Positions 26,300 to 37,963 of a DNA stretch of 64,000 nucleotides are shown here, one piece after another; the first letter of the stretch is position 1, and each line of letters begins with the position of its first letter. This DNA is from Takakia lepidozioides (Eukaryota > Plantae > Bryophyta), in assembly GCA_030704615.1 (NCBI GenBank), contig CM060732.1, positions 54,064,001 to 54,128,000 of the forward strand. Direction: 5' to 3'. Under the pieces are notes generated by a model that was given only the letters and a program-made list of their open reading frames with translations, did no database searches and had not been told where the DNA came from. Made by a program: the position numbers and the translations under genes.

Positions 26300-27866
26300 C
26301 GACTCCTCTCTAGTCTTTCCCGCTTTGCTCTGATCTCCTTCTCTCCCCTGTGCAATATCTCGCTTTCAATAGCCTCTAGCCTTTTCCTCTCTGCACTTGT
26401 AAAGATTCTTCTGGAATCCTGCTTCCGTATAACTCAGACGACACAAGGAAATTGAAAACTCGTAGCGAAAGACGAAGATTTGCTGGTGTTGCCAACGGGC
26501 TCACGAGCAATTTATAAAGCCATTCGCTGTCTCTGTCTGTGTGAGACCATCCCCGCAACAGCCCTGTTGCGTTCCGCCCACGTGCTGCAAGAGTGCCATG
26601 CATCGCGAAGCATCTGCCGAAGTCGGATCAGAGTGGCCCGAGTACTGAGCTCTGTGTGTGGCTTTTGGGTGCTCCAAAGGCCAGCGACAAGTTGAGCGCG
26701 GCCATGCAGCTGCCTGCATGCACACGAGGCAGGAAATAATCGATTCTCTTGGCGCTTTCTCGTCACTCTCTCTTCTCTTGGCCGCACCTCTATCTTGGAC
26801 ACTATCTTGCATTCTAGAACCTTCCCCACATAGTTGGCTATCCTGCAGTTCTGCACCCATACATGGAATAGCACAAGATTGTGAAACAGAATTGTTCATC
26901 GATAAATTTGTTACTTATGATAACGAAATGTTACTAGAAAACATCATGATGTACAACTTCACCATCATTGATGCACTTGTCGCAAATTTAATAAATCTAT
27001 ATGTCGACCACTACCACCGATGAAGGAAACAAAGATTTTGACTCTATTGGAAACAAACGACCAAATGAACGAACTAAAAAACATCATATTACATATTTTT
27101 AAAGACCTACACGAATGTAGTATTTAGAAAAAACATATCTTTCGAAGAATTCACCGACGGATGGGGATGGAAAAACACTAAAACTGTTGCAAGGCTGTTG
27201 CTATTCGTTTTTCAAGGCCTCTTCAAATGACATCCACCTTTCATGATCCTCCTCCTGCACCCTCATGAGGCGCTCACGCTCCACCTCCAACAAGGAAGAA
27301 GCCATGTGAGGAGAGAATGGAGATGGACGACTAAATCTGGGATAAAAACACGTATATAAATGCATTGAGAATTCGATTTATGAAACCCACTATAATTGTT
27401 AAATGCAAACCAACGGACATACGTACTATTGTTGCTACGGCCGGAGTGGAGTAAGCAACACTAATTAGTATCAGCTCAATCTTCAAAGTATAGGTCTTTT
27501 AAAGCGGGACATGAGGATTTCGGAAAATCGTCGGTCCTCTATGGCACACAAATACTGATGTGCAATTTATTTTGGATCCATACGCAGCTGCTACATACTG
27601 TACATCATATCTCCAAATATCTCACAAAAATCAACATAACCGTCACCAAAGAAGTACAAAAGGTCCTTACAACATGTAAACAAGAATAAATTGAAGCAAC
27701 AAAACATATAAAACAAATGGGCAACGCATATCTAAACGCTCAACAAATGCATGATCAATTAGCAATATACTTCATTCTCTCTATGATATTACATCATTTA
27801 TCAAGAAAATGTTCTTTTATCAACAAATCACCCTCTAGGCTCTAAAGAACGCGCATTTGTACTAAA

Positions 27867-28250
27867 TTTGGTTACTTACGCCAAAACCAGAAAAGTTGCA
27901 TACAAACTCAAAACGATGTGCTCATTGGCCAGCTCTCAATCACTGGCAAAGTCGTGCGAAGGAAAAGCCCCCTTGCTTCTAGTCCTACGCACATGGCCAA
28001 AAAACGGGGCTGATCCGCTGGAACAATGGGCTGATCCGCCCCTGACACCGCTTCCCCGTGCTGATAGTGATATTCGCCCAGCGTGATCGCTCAGCCACAA
28101 AATTGATCCGCCGGATAAAGGTAGATGAAAGAAAATAATTTTTTAGATGAAAAATAAAAGTTATTTATCATGTTAAAACAAATGTTACCTTCATCTTTGC
28201 CGTGCACACATCATACTCAACAACACTGAAGTGCACGAAGTACACGACAG
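27867..28250 (+). repeat. Segment inverted relative to the 128-bp repeats at 35615-35885, ending in a Helitron-like hairpin
   Basis: TTTGGTTACTTACGCCAAAAC...GCATACAAACTCAAA is the reverse complement of 35822-35868; GTGCACGAAGTACAC hairpin at ~28231-28245. Confidence 0.6.
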
Positions 28251-28254
28251 GGAA

Positions 28255-31200
28255 GCTTCCTTATTCACCACCTTCAACGTCATATCCTCACATGGCTCAT
28301 CCAAACCAAACAATGACATGTCATCCTGAGTGGAATTTGGCTCCGGCTGGGTCGTAGTATTCGGGTGAAGGATCTTGAAACATTTGACCAAAAGAGGCTC
28401 CAACACCAAGGTGTCATATTGCCGAACAATGATATGTCCATGTTCTCTGCCCACATATTGTATCACCAAGGACAATCCCTTGAAACGCAGATCAAGCATC
28501 AACGCCAACATATTGTGGGCTTTCAATGGTTGAACTCCTTCAAAAAATGAGAGAAATGGCCCCAATACATGCACCACTTCCTGAGCTATCCGCCATTCTA
28601 ACAATTGCAACTCTGCATCAAAATCCCCAATGCGATAATCCACTGTACCCAACCTTCGAACATTATTTGCTCGTATGCGTACACAAGTTGTAATGGCTGC
28701 AGCAAGAGCATCAGACAACAGCCAGTATCCGCCTGACTGGTTCATAACACACTCATGAACCACAAGTCCGAGAACCGTGGAAATAGACTTTGCAATTGCC
28801 CACAGCTTGGTATGTGAGATTGCAAAGACAGTGAAGTCTGCCTAGAATAACAAGTAATGATGGCTTGCCGTAATTCCAAAGTTTCTTGAAAGATGATCAC
28901 TTTGGAAGCAAACCTGGTTTTCACTGAAGTCTTTAGCTTGCAATGATGAATGTCACTATCAACACATATTGCATTCCATTCTTGCCTTCATTTTCCACTC
29001 TTCTTCGTCCAAGTGATGGTCTTCTGCAACTCTGATTGAGCATCATTTATAGACACAACCCTCATATCTATTCACACCTTTGCATCAATCGTGGCATAGT
29101 GACAACACTTGGACATTGCATGTCCAAGCAACTTCCCACAAATGGTGCAGACAGTCTCAATGGGGCACAAGACACGACTGCATTCAAAGCTGCAGTCAAA
29201 GTATCCAAATTACTTCCTTCATCTTTGACATAAGTTATGATGTGCGAATTCAAACCATACTTTGTCAAAAAGTCATTCACTTGACGTGTTATGGCTGCCC
29301 CCGATGTATCAGGTGCCTCGAACATTCACAATGTCACATGACATGGTTCCTATTGTTCATTAAGGAAATGCGCTATAATGACAAAAGTATCTGTTCCTCC
29401 TCTTGACATCCACAAATCACAACTGATAGTATATGTTACACAATTGGATATCAATGGGGATATGTACAAGTCTTGTGTTTTTGCTGCCAGTGATGGGAGC
29501 TTCTCATTCACAAGTGTGCGTCGAGAGGGAAAAATTAGACGATTATTTTGTCTCCTCACTACCCTTCGTAGCCATGGAGATTCGACCAAAGACAATGACA
29601 ACAACTCTTTTGCAATGAACAGGACCAAATCCTCGTTGAGCATTTTCTGCTGTTCATCATCTTTCTTGTATGAAGTTTGACTGCCAAATAAAGAAGATAT
29701 GTTTCATGGGGTAAGGCCAAGCCTCTTCTTCGCACGCCCATCTTTTTCCATTTCAATCCACTTACTAACCAAAGCCCTATGTTTTTTATTCATATACTTG
29801 TGAAGAACAGAGTTTCCATGGTCTTTGTTGTAAGTTATACATCCTGGCATCTTTTCAAATACAGGAGCAGGATGACAAAACATACACCTCATATATTACG
29901 GGTGTATTGCATCTATTAGACCCGCATTGGCAACTGCATAAAATGCCCATGACGAAGCAGTGCAATTGTAAGGTTTCCAAAAATCACGTTGCTTGCGTAG
30001 GGTGGAAAACTGCTCTTCCTCGGACATTTAGCTGCTTGAATACTATGATATTGTGGAAAACCCACCGACCGCTGAATTGAGAGGAATTGATAAAGAAGAC
30101 GATGCACATATAGCTCCTCCAAGCATATGGCAAGCTTCCATAGCTCCCGCATTGTTGACATTGGTGTCATGAACAACACCTCTCTCCAGTTCTTCAAAGA
30201 TATTGGGCTCCATATGTTACAAATGGTTGGATACACTCCCTGAATCAAATTAATCCCAATCCAACCCAATTCACGCTTAAACATTCATACAATGCAAATT
30301 TGTAATATAATTATACCAATGTGAGAGCCTAGTAAACTGCACAACACTGCACATAGGGGGGGGCTCTTATGACATTAAATAGGGGGGTTGGTCTTATGAC
30401 AGTAAATACCCAATCCCATAGGTAGAGCCAAATATTAAAGCAAGGGCATACATACAAGCTCTTGGGTGGCACAAACACTCATACATTCAAAGTAGAACAC
30501 ATATATATATATATGTAAGATAGGTCATTTCCGTCGTTCAGCCCCTTTAGGCACCATGACAGATTCTCAAATGTGGAAATTCAGTTTTCAGGTGTCATGA
30601 GTGGCAATCAAATGCACACTAGGTAGACCTCTTTTAGATTTCCTAATGCTATCATAAGCCATTGGCAACAGTAGACCAGCCAAGAGAGGATGTACATTGA
30701 CCATTTTCAGATTTCCTAATGCTAACACAAGGCACTGGCTACAGTAGACCAGCCAAGCTACTTGGTTGCATGACTTTGCCATTCAAGGAAAAAAAAAAAG
30801 AGGGAGGGCTAAAAGGACCTAGCACAAGTTGTTTGGTTGCATTAATTTGCTGTGAAAAGAAGAAGAGAGAGAGAGAGAGGGCTAAAGGCCCTAGCACAAG
30901 TTTCTCGGCTGCACAATTTTGCCATGAAAGGACAAAAGAAAAAAGCGTTGCTCCCTCCCCCCGTACTCGTACCCGGCTGCTCTCCCCGCCCCCCCCCCCC
31001 CCCCCCCCCCCTCTCTCCACGCGCTGAGGCGCTGCTCCATCCCCCGCGCTGGTGCCGCACGTCCCGCAGGTGAAAGTGCGAGACCACAGAAGCAAGAAAA
31101 CCAAATAAATAAATAAATGCTGCTACCTCGCCCCGCGCTGCTACGCTACTCCCTTCCTCACACGCTACTACGCTGCTCACTCCCTCACGCGCTGAGGCGC

Positions 31201-31522
31201 TGCTCCCTCCCCCGCACTGAAGCCGCGCTACTGCAGCAGATCGCGCGTGAGAGACGACAGATCGCGAGAAAAGAAAAAACAAACCCCTAGTGCGAGACCC
31301 GGATCCGGAACTGCCACTGACCCCCGGTTCTAGTTCCCAGCCGGTTCCTAGAAAAACCCGTACCCGCCGATTCCAGTTCTGGAACCGGCTCGTCCCTGCT
31401 CCCCCGATTCCGGTTCCGGTTCCTGGGCGTCGGTTCCGGTTCCAGTACCGGTTCCTAGGAACCGGAACCGGAACCGGAACCGCCGGTTCCAACCTGCCAA
31501 AGCGAGTACCCGCACAACACTG
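28255..31522 (-). mobile_element. hAT DNA transposon, 5' half (degenerate transposase, TIR, GGAACC subterminal repeats)
   Basis: BED-like MRCMFC..H....H; ISCDLWMSRG, YVKDEGSNL, KTRFASK, MLDLRFK. TIR CAGTGTTGTGCG starting at 31522; GGAACC/GGTTCC arrays at 31300-31490. Confidence 0.85.
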
Positions 31523-32021
31523 GTAAGTAGACTAGACAAATGGACAAAAGATACCTTTTGCCAAAAAATTGCAGGTCATGGAATGTTCCAAAAAAGTGTA
31601 GACACTAGATAATCTTCCAAATTTTTTACAATATGTTTTTCTATTTTTAGTACAAATTAGGTTTTTAATTCCAATAATTCCTATTCACTTCACAATCTTT
31701 CAAAAATCAGAGCTCGATAGGTACAGGCAGATCAGAATGACATGAAACAAAATGAGACAGAGACCTAATTTTTGTCAGAAAGTTCACATGATCCCACTTT
31801 ATATATTTGACCGGGGAGAGAAGAGTAATGTATAGGGTGGACCTCTAACATATCGTATGGTGGATCCTATGTTGATGCCCTACCAATCTGCTACCATACC
31901 TGCCAGTGTTTTTTTTTTCTTTTTTCTTTTTTCTTTTTTCTTTTCCTGGTAAAAAATTGCCCGATTTCAACCTGGCAACTTGAAATGACTGAGCTACTTG
32001 TTCAAAGGAATTACCAATAGT

Positions 32022-32235
32022 CAGTAGCTCAGTTGGTTAAGTGCACTGAGTGCCACCTAGATGTGTATGGGGTCAAATCTTGCTACTGACGGGTGTGGTA
32101 TGGTTCCTAGGCGGTGTCCCACTCATTCGCCTCATGGCGCATAAATGAAAGAGGTTATTTTCTCCTCTCACTACTAAGGGGCCTGATCTGTGAGCTGTTG
32201 CTCCCAGGTGTTTACATTTTTTATTGTATTTTAAG
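32022..32235 (+). mobile_element. tRNA-derived SINE, copy 3
   Basis: CAGTAGCTCAGTTGGTT..GGGGTCAAATCTTGCTACTG head that can pair like an acceptor stem; same body as copies 1 and 2. Confidence 0.7.
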
Positions 32236-32432
32236 AATTATGGGGGCTAAAATCCAAAGAATTCACCAAAATGTGCCCAATGGTGAAATATCCCTGATCA
32301 AACCACCGTGAACCCGTTAAAACGTAACACCTGTCATAGGTCACCTGTCTACATGTGCGAGCTCATTATTTTTGCCACATCAGCGGGTAGAATAGATGGA
32401 TTGACTTTTGAAAATTGAGCAAAAAAAACACT

Positions 32433-32705
32433 AGTGCACATTGTGTCAACACATTGGGCTCAAATCCTACTATCTTGTCCTATCATTGGTATGGTTTCGT
32501 GGCTGGTGGCCGGTCATGGCTTTTTATGTAAGGGGGTTAATTTCTCTCCCTGCTCTGCAAAGGGCCTGAATTGTGAGTTGTTAGTTGTTACTCACAGGTT
32601 TCCTTAATTCAAAAAACTAAAATTAAAAATAAAAATTGTGAGCAGTTGCTCCCAGGTTTTTTATTTTATTTTTATTTTTAAAAAGAAAAAAGGAAAAAGA
32701 AAACC
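32433..32705 (+). mobile_element. Degenerate SINE copy 4 plus a partial 3' end
   Basis: GGCTCAAATCCTACTA, AAGGGCCTGAATTGTGAGTTGTT, TGTGAGCAGTTGCTCCCAGGT, and A-rich tails. Confidence 0.5.
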
Positions 32706-32739
32706 TTGTCTCCTTTCAACCAAAATAAAAAAAAAAAAT

Positions 32740-32814
32740 AGGTGGAGTTGGATCCACAGCGTGGGGGAGGCAAGCCGTCAGGCTAGGCTTCCTCAGTCAT
32801 TCATATTGGCGGAG
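32740..32814 (+). repeat. ~75-bp fragment of the gypsy-DNMT family (gag-protease linker)
   Basis: Near-identical to the reverse complement of 17677-17750. Confidence 0.85.
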
Positions 32815-33429
32815 TTCCTTAAGTCACTACTTCTGCGATCACCCCTAGTCTGTTGCTGCCAAAGGCAAGACTGTTGTTCTCACTGTTGAGGATCATAGAA
32901 GGGCAATCAGAGAAGGTGTAGCCATCCTTGCTCAAGTAATGAGGTTGTTGACTCTGGTAATCCACCATTTGTGTTGGTTGGGAACCCTAAATGTTTGGAG
33001 GTTAAGAGTTTTTGGCTTAAAGTCAGATGTACTTATTGTGTTGATATATTAATGGTGTTTTCTTTTATTTTGAATATACGTCAAGTATCTCCAATTGGAG
33101 GAACTTGATAAAAATCACCAGTTACGATAACGTCCAAACTTCCAGAAAGTTTGTTATATATTTGTTTAACCCCTAAACGACGCCTCAGTCGTTTGCCAGG
33201 ATCAGGTGTTGGTATCGCGTAAGCACAGCGTGAGCATGCTCACGCGCGACCCACGGTCATGGGAGTTTTATGTTTTCTTAACGTCGGTCATAAGAATTAT
33301 ATGTTTCTAAAACGGAAAAAACCATAAGCGGGTATAGAGGACCGGTGCATATATACTATAGGTCTACACCAATTCAGCGAGGCGAAAACTTCAGTAGTGT
33401 AGCCAGAAACCCTAAACTTATAGATGCAG

Positions 33430-33725
33430 ACGAGTTTCGCATTGAGAAAGACTTGGTGATATGGGCACAAACCTATGCAGCAGTGGGTTTCGCATTGAGA
33501 AACCTTAGTGGTGTTTGAAAAGACTTGGTGATATGGACATAAACCTATGCAGCGGTGGGTTTCGCATTGAGAAACCTTAGTGATGTTTGAAAAGACTTGG
33601 TGATATGGACATAAACCTATGCAGCGGTGGGTTTCGCATTGAGAAACCCTTAGTGGTGTTTGAGAAAGACTTGGTGATATGGACACACAAACCTATGTAG
33701 CGGTGGATTTCGCATTGAAAAACCC
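33430..33725. repeat. ~72-bp tandem repeat, ~4 copies
   Basis: CGCATTGA recurs at 33491, 33563, 33635 and 33711. Confidence 0.9.
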
Positions 33726-35614
33726 TTACTGGTATATCTTGAGTCGAAACTTTCTATACAAAATCTCATTACCCAACAATCCCACATCCAATTCAGGCTA
33801 GTTGGTACAGAGTTTCGCCGTGCGAAATTATCCTTCAGTGTGACAGGCTGTTTAGTATAGAGTTTCCCTGTGAGAAATTAGCTATGGGCGAGGACTTGCG
33901 ATTTGAGGTGAAGTCTCACAGCACTCTCGCGCCTATTATGCAGAAAAAAACACACATATAGGGTAAGATGTTCATCACGTATAGGGGCTATTTGTTCTTT
34001 ACGTGTTAGTTTTGCATAATGTTTAGTTTCGCCAAGTTCGTTTTGCTGTGGAAATTTTGCGGAAATTTGGGAAATATGCCCTTGTGCTCATGCGCTATCC
34101 AACCTTGCCAGGATCCACCTTTTGTGGATGTAAGTGGATGGAAGTGGGTCTCGAAGGTAAAGTGAGGGGGTTCAGGAGAAGCATACATGGGAATTTAAAG
34201 CGCCTTGAAATATCAAAAGCTCTGCTCCCTATAATTTTTCAAAGTGCCAGGGGTCTGGAAATTCAGCGTTGACTTGCCTACTTGGCAGGCCAAATGAGGA
34301 ATCTTGAAAACAACATCTAAGGCTCTGATTATATCAAAATGCCAATTTTTTTTTACAAGGCACTATTTAATGTTAGTGTGCACTTATTTACCAGAGGAAT
34401 TAGAAAACAAATATCATGTCCTGGCTGTACTTGGGAGCCAAACCATGATAATTTACCCCTCGGATTTCACATAGAAAGCAACCTATTTGTATTTTTGGAA
34501 TTTTGGTCTGCGTTTTGGGGAGAGAATCCCTTGGGTGCCATATAATCAGATTAGGGAGGGCACTGCCTCAGAAATTTCAACTTGACATTTGAATTTAATG
34601 GTCAAACCATTTTTGCCATCAATTTTTGAGTGGGCTTAAAAAATTCACAATAGTATTTTGTTATAATCTACTGATTCCAACGGTGGATCTTCCTGATTTT
34701 CTGGGGGTAGATGAATGTGGTAGTCAGGAATGTATTTGTAAGGTTCAAATTTCTGGATGATTCAGAGTATCAAGATAGAGCTCCAGACAGGCAGGTAAGC
34801 ATGTACACTTTTGGGGGTGGCCCCCCAAAAGAGGTCTCGTCCTTTAAGGGTTATTAGAACGCAATGTTTTGTCTATGAATGAAAACATCATGCATATATC
34901 TCACTAGAACTACTAGTTGTAGTTGATCATATTGTTTAATTAATGTGTCACGTTTGTCATCCGTAAGTGACGTCAAATTTATGATTTAGAGGTATGCCTA
35001 AGTTTGAATGAATTGTATTTCCTAGAATGTAGAATGTTGCTTTTCTTATGTATGCTATTTACATAATTTCTTGTTTTAAGGGATCTACGTCTAGACTATT
35101 ATTGTAGAATCGTAGCAACCCTTGTATACGATAGTTAAAACTGTGAAAGTTTTGCTTGTTCCAGTTCTACCTATTATGAATAGATGCAACGGTTTTTCAG
35201 GGTTTGTACGTTTTTTTATAGATTAGGTTAAAAATCCACATGAAATACGCACGATTGAGTTGATTTCCAAAGAACTTGTTGGGATATTGGCAGAGAACAC
35301 AAGCGATAGTGTCTTACTCCCATTGGAAGTGTCGTTATGAGAAAAGATAACATAAAAGAGGCTACAAACTATTCATCGTTGCACATAAGTTGTATGTTTT
35401 TTTATCAGTCTGGCATTGGAGATTCTGCAAAAGACACTATTATTTTGAACCTCACCCGTGAACCCAGGCACCCATTAGTTGACATCCATACGTGTGAAAA
35501 GACATAGGGAAGTTATGAGTGGTCATCCTGGCAGTCGCAAATCCTATTGGAAAAAATCAAACCATCAAAAGAGATTACAATCCCACTTACAATAATGGTT
35601 AGCGTTGTATCATT

Positions 35615-35885
35615 TCATGACAGGGGACCAACAAGAAGCATGTGCCTTCGCACAACTTTTTCAGTGATCGAGAGCTGATCAATGGGCACATCGGTTTGAG
35701 TTTGTATACAAATGGTATAGTTTTGGCGTAAGTAACCAAACTTCATGACAGGGGACCAGTAAGAAGCATGTGCCTTCACACGGCTTTTTCAGTGATCGAG
35801 AGCTGACCAATGGGCAGATGGGTTTGAGTTTGTATGCAAATGGTATAGTTTTGGCGTAAGTAACCAAACTTCATGACAGGGAACC
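35615..35885. repeat. 128-bp tandem repeat, ~2.1 copies
   Basis: TCATGACAGG at 35615, 35743 and 35871. Confidence 0.9.
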
Positions 35886-36259
35886 AGTAGGAGGTACTAC
35901 GTATATGAGGGGGCAACCAGGGCTGATCAGCCCTGTGGGACCCAACAGATGTTGGGGCGGATATCCGCCGTGACCACGCACATGGGCGGAGGAAATCCCA
36001 CGAGTCATCCGCTGGGTGAACTAGGGCAAGAATTCACCATAGCCAACTCGGCGTCTCTCTTCTCTCGACGTCCTCCTCTCGACGGCACACGGTCTCTCCT
36101 CTCAACGGCACACACGCCAGTACTCCTAGTAGTGAAAATATCACATGAGGGTAGCATAATTAATTTGGTTTCTTACACAAAAAAATGGAGAGGTTGTTCA
36201 TTGGCAAGGTCAATTTGATATGGATGCTTATGTCTGTGAGCTTAGGGAATTGTATCAAA

Positions 36260-37200
36260 GTAGGTCAAACTGTGAAGAAAAACAAAGTAGTTGAAGCTCT
36301 ATCTCTGTTTTTTGGGCATAACAAAATACGTACTCACTCAATTGGCATGAAACAACATCCCACAACTGGGGAATCAAAGTAGCTTTCCAAAAAGCCATCA
36401 CAGATCATTGTAGCCCAAATTCTCTACATGCTACGACCCCAAATGTCAGTGCAGGTCAAATTCTGAATAAAAACAAAATAGTTGAAGCTCCACCTCTGTT
36501 TTTGGGGCATAACTAATTGTGTACTCACGCAATTTGCATGAAACAATATTTGACAGCTGGGAAATCAAGGTAGCTTTCCAACAAGCCATCACACATCCTT
36601 ATAGCCCAAATTCTCTACATGCTACAACCCCAAATGCCAAAGCAGGTCAAATTGTGAAGAAAAACAAAATAGTTGAAGCTCCACCTCTATTTTTTGGGCA
36701 TAAAAAAATGTGAACTCACTCAATGGACATGAAACACGAGCTGTGGTTTTCCAACAAGCTATCACACATCCTTATAGCCCAAGTTCTCTACATGAAATAA
36801 CCCCAAATGTCAAAGCAGGTCAAATTGTGAAGAAAAACAAAGTAGTTGAAGCTCCACCTCTGTTTTTTGGGCATAAAAAATTGTGTACTCACTCAATTGG
36901 CATGAAACAACATCTGAAAGCTGGGGAATAAAGGTCTTCCAACAAGCCATCACACATCCTTGTAGGCCAAATTCTGTACATGCTACAACCCCAAAAATTT
37001 GTGAAGAAAAATAAAGTAGTTGAATCTCTACCTCTATTTTTTGGGCATAAAAAATTGTGTACTCACTCAATTGGCATGAAACAACATCGGAAAGCTGGGG
37101 AATAAAGGTAGTTTTCCAACAAGCCATCACAAATCCTTGTAGACCGAATTCTCTACATGCTACAACCCCAAATGTCAAAGAAGGTCAAATTGTGAAGAAA
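36260..37200. repeat. ~190-bp tandem repeat, ~5 copies (probably inside a non-autonomous Helitron)
   Basis: AGGTCAAA...GTTGAAGCTC..TTTTTGGGCATAA..ACTCACTCAATTGGCATGAAAC recurs at ~36261, 36452, 36643, 36817 and ~37000. Confidence 0.9.
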
Positions 37201-37217
37201 AGTAACCCTAATATAGA

Positions 37218-37963
37218 TTCTTTTTCCATGTACTAAGTGTAGTGCTCCTTTGAAATGGTGGAAAGAGCACGAATCTGTATTTTCAAAGGTGGGGTATTTG
37301 GCACGTCTCTTGTTGGGCATTGTTGGGTCTCAGATTGAATGTGAGAGGATTTTTAGCATTGCAGATGTTATTACAAACTTGCGACATTACAAGTTAGGTG
37401 TTCAGAACCTTGATATGCTTGTGAGCATTGTCAAGAATTGGCCGAATGATGCTCGTGTTGGTTGCATGAGCTTTTCCATGAACGAGTGTTTGAACAGCGA
37501 GGAAGTTCTCTTAGATGACAACGAGGAGTTGATTGTAGAGGCTGAGTTGTTTGAGACAGAATGATTTCTGTGTACTCTACACACATTGATTTATACTCGC
37601 TTACATTGCATTATTATTATTTCATAAATTTGTACATGAATGTTGTGTTGTTTCTTTTCAACATGGTCAAAATATTTGATATAGCTAATGGGGAGTCACA
37701 AATCATTTTCAGATTTATAAAAAAACTGTAATTTTTTTAAATTAAAAAAAATAGAGAACCGGAACCGGAAATTGGAACCGGCAGATCCTTCCCAAAAAAT
37801 TACCCGGAACCGGAACTGGAATCTGCTCATGAATTTTGACCGGAAGTGGAACCGGAACCGCTTCATAAAAAAAAAACGGATCCGGACCGGAACCGTCTCT
37901 TTAAATCTACCAAGGAACCGGAACCGGCGGTTCCTTCAATATAGCAAGAACCGCACAACACTG
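37218..37963 (+). mobile_element. hAT DNA transposon, 3' half (dimerisation domain, subterminal repeats, TIR)
   Basis: PLKWWKEHE..LARLLLGIVGSQIECERIFS..KNWP; GGAACC repeats at 37757-37930; TIR CGCACAACACTG ending at 37963. Confidence 0.88.

Noticed and set aside
30719-31539. Gly/Pro/Arg-rich ORFs
   Set aside because: They arise from the poly-C tract and the GGAACC subterminal repeats of the hAT end.
33430-37200. CRISPR-like arrays
   Set aside because: The units are head-to-tail tandem repeats without unique spacers, in a eukaryotic context with no cas genes.
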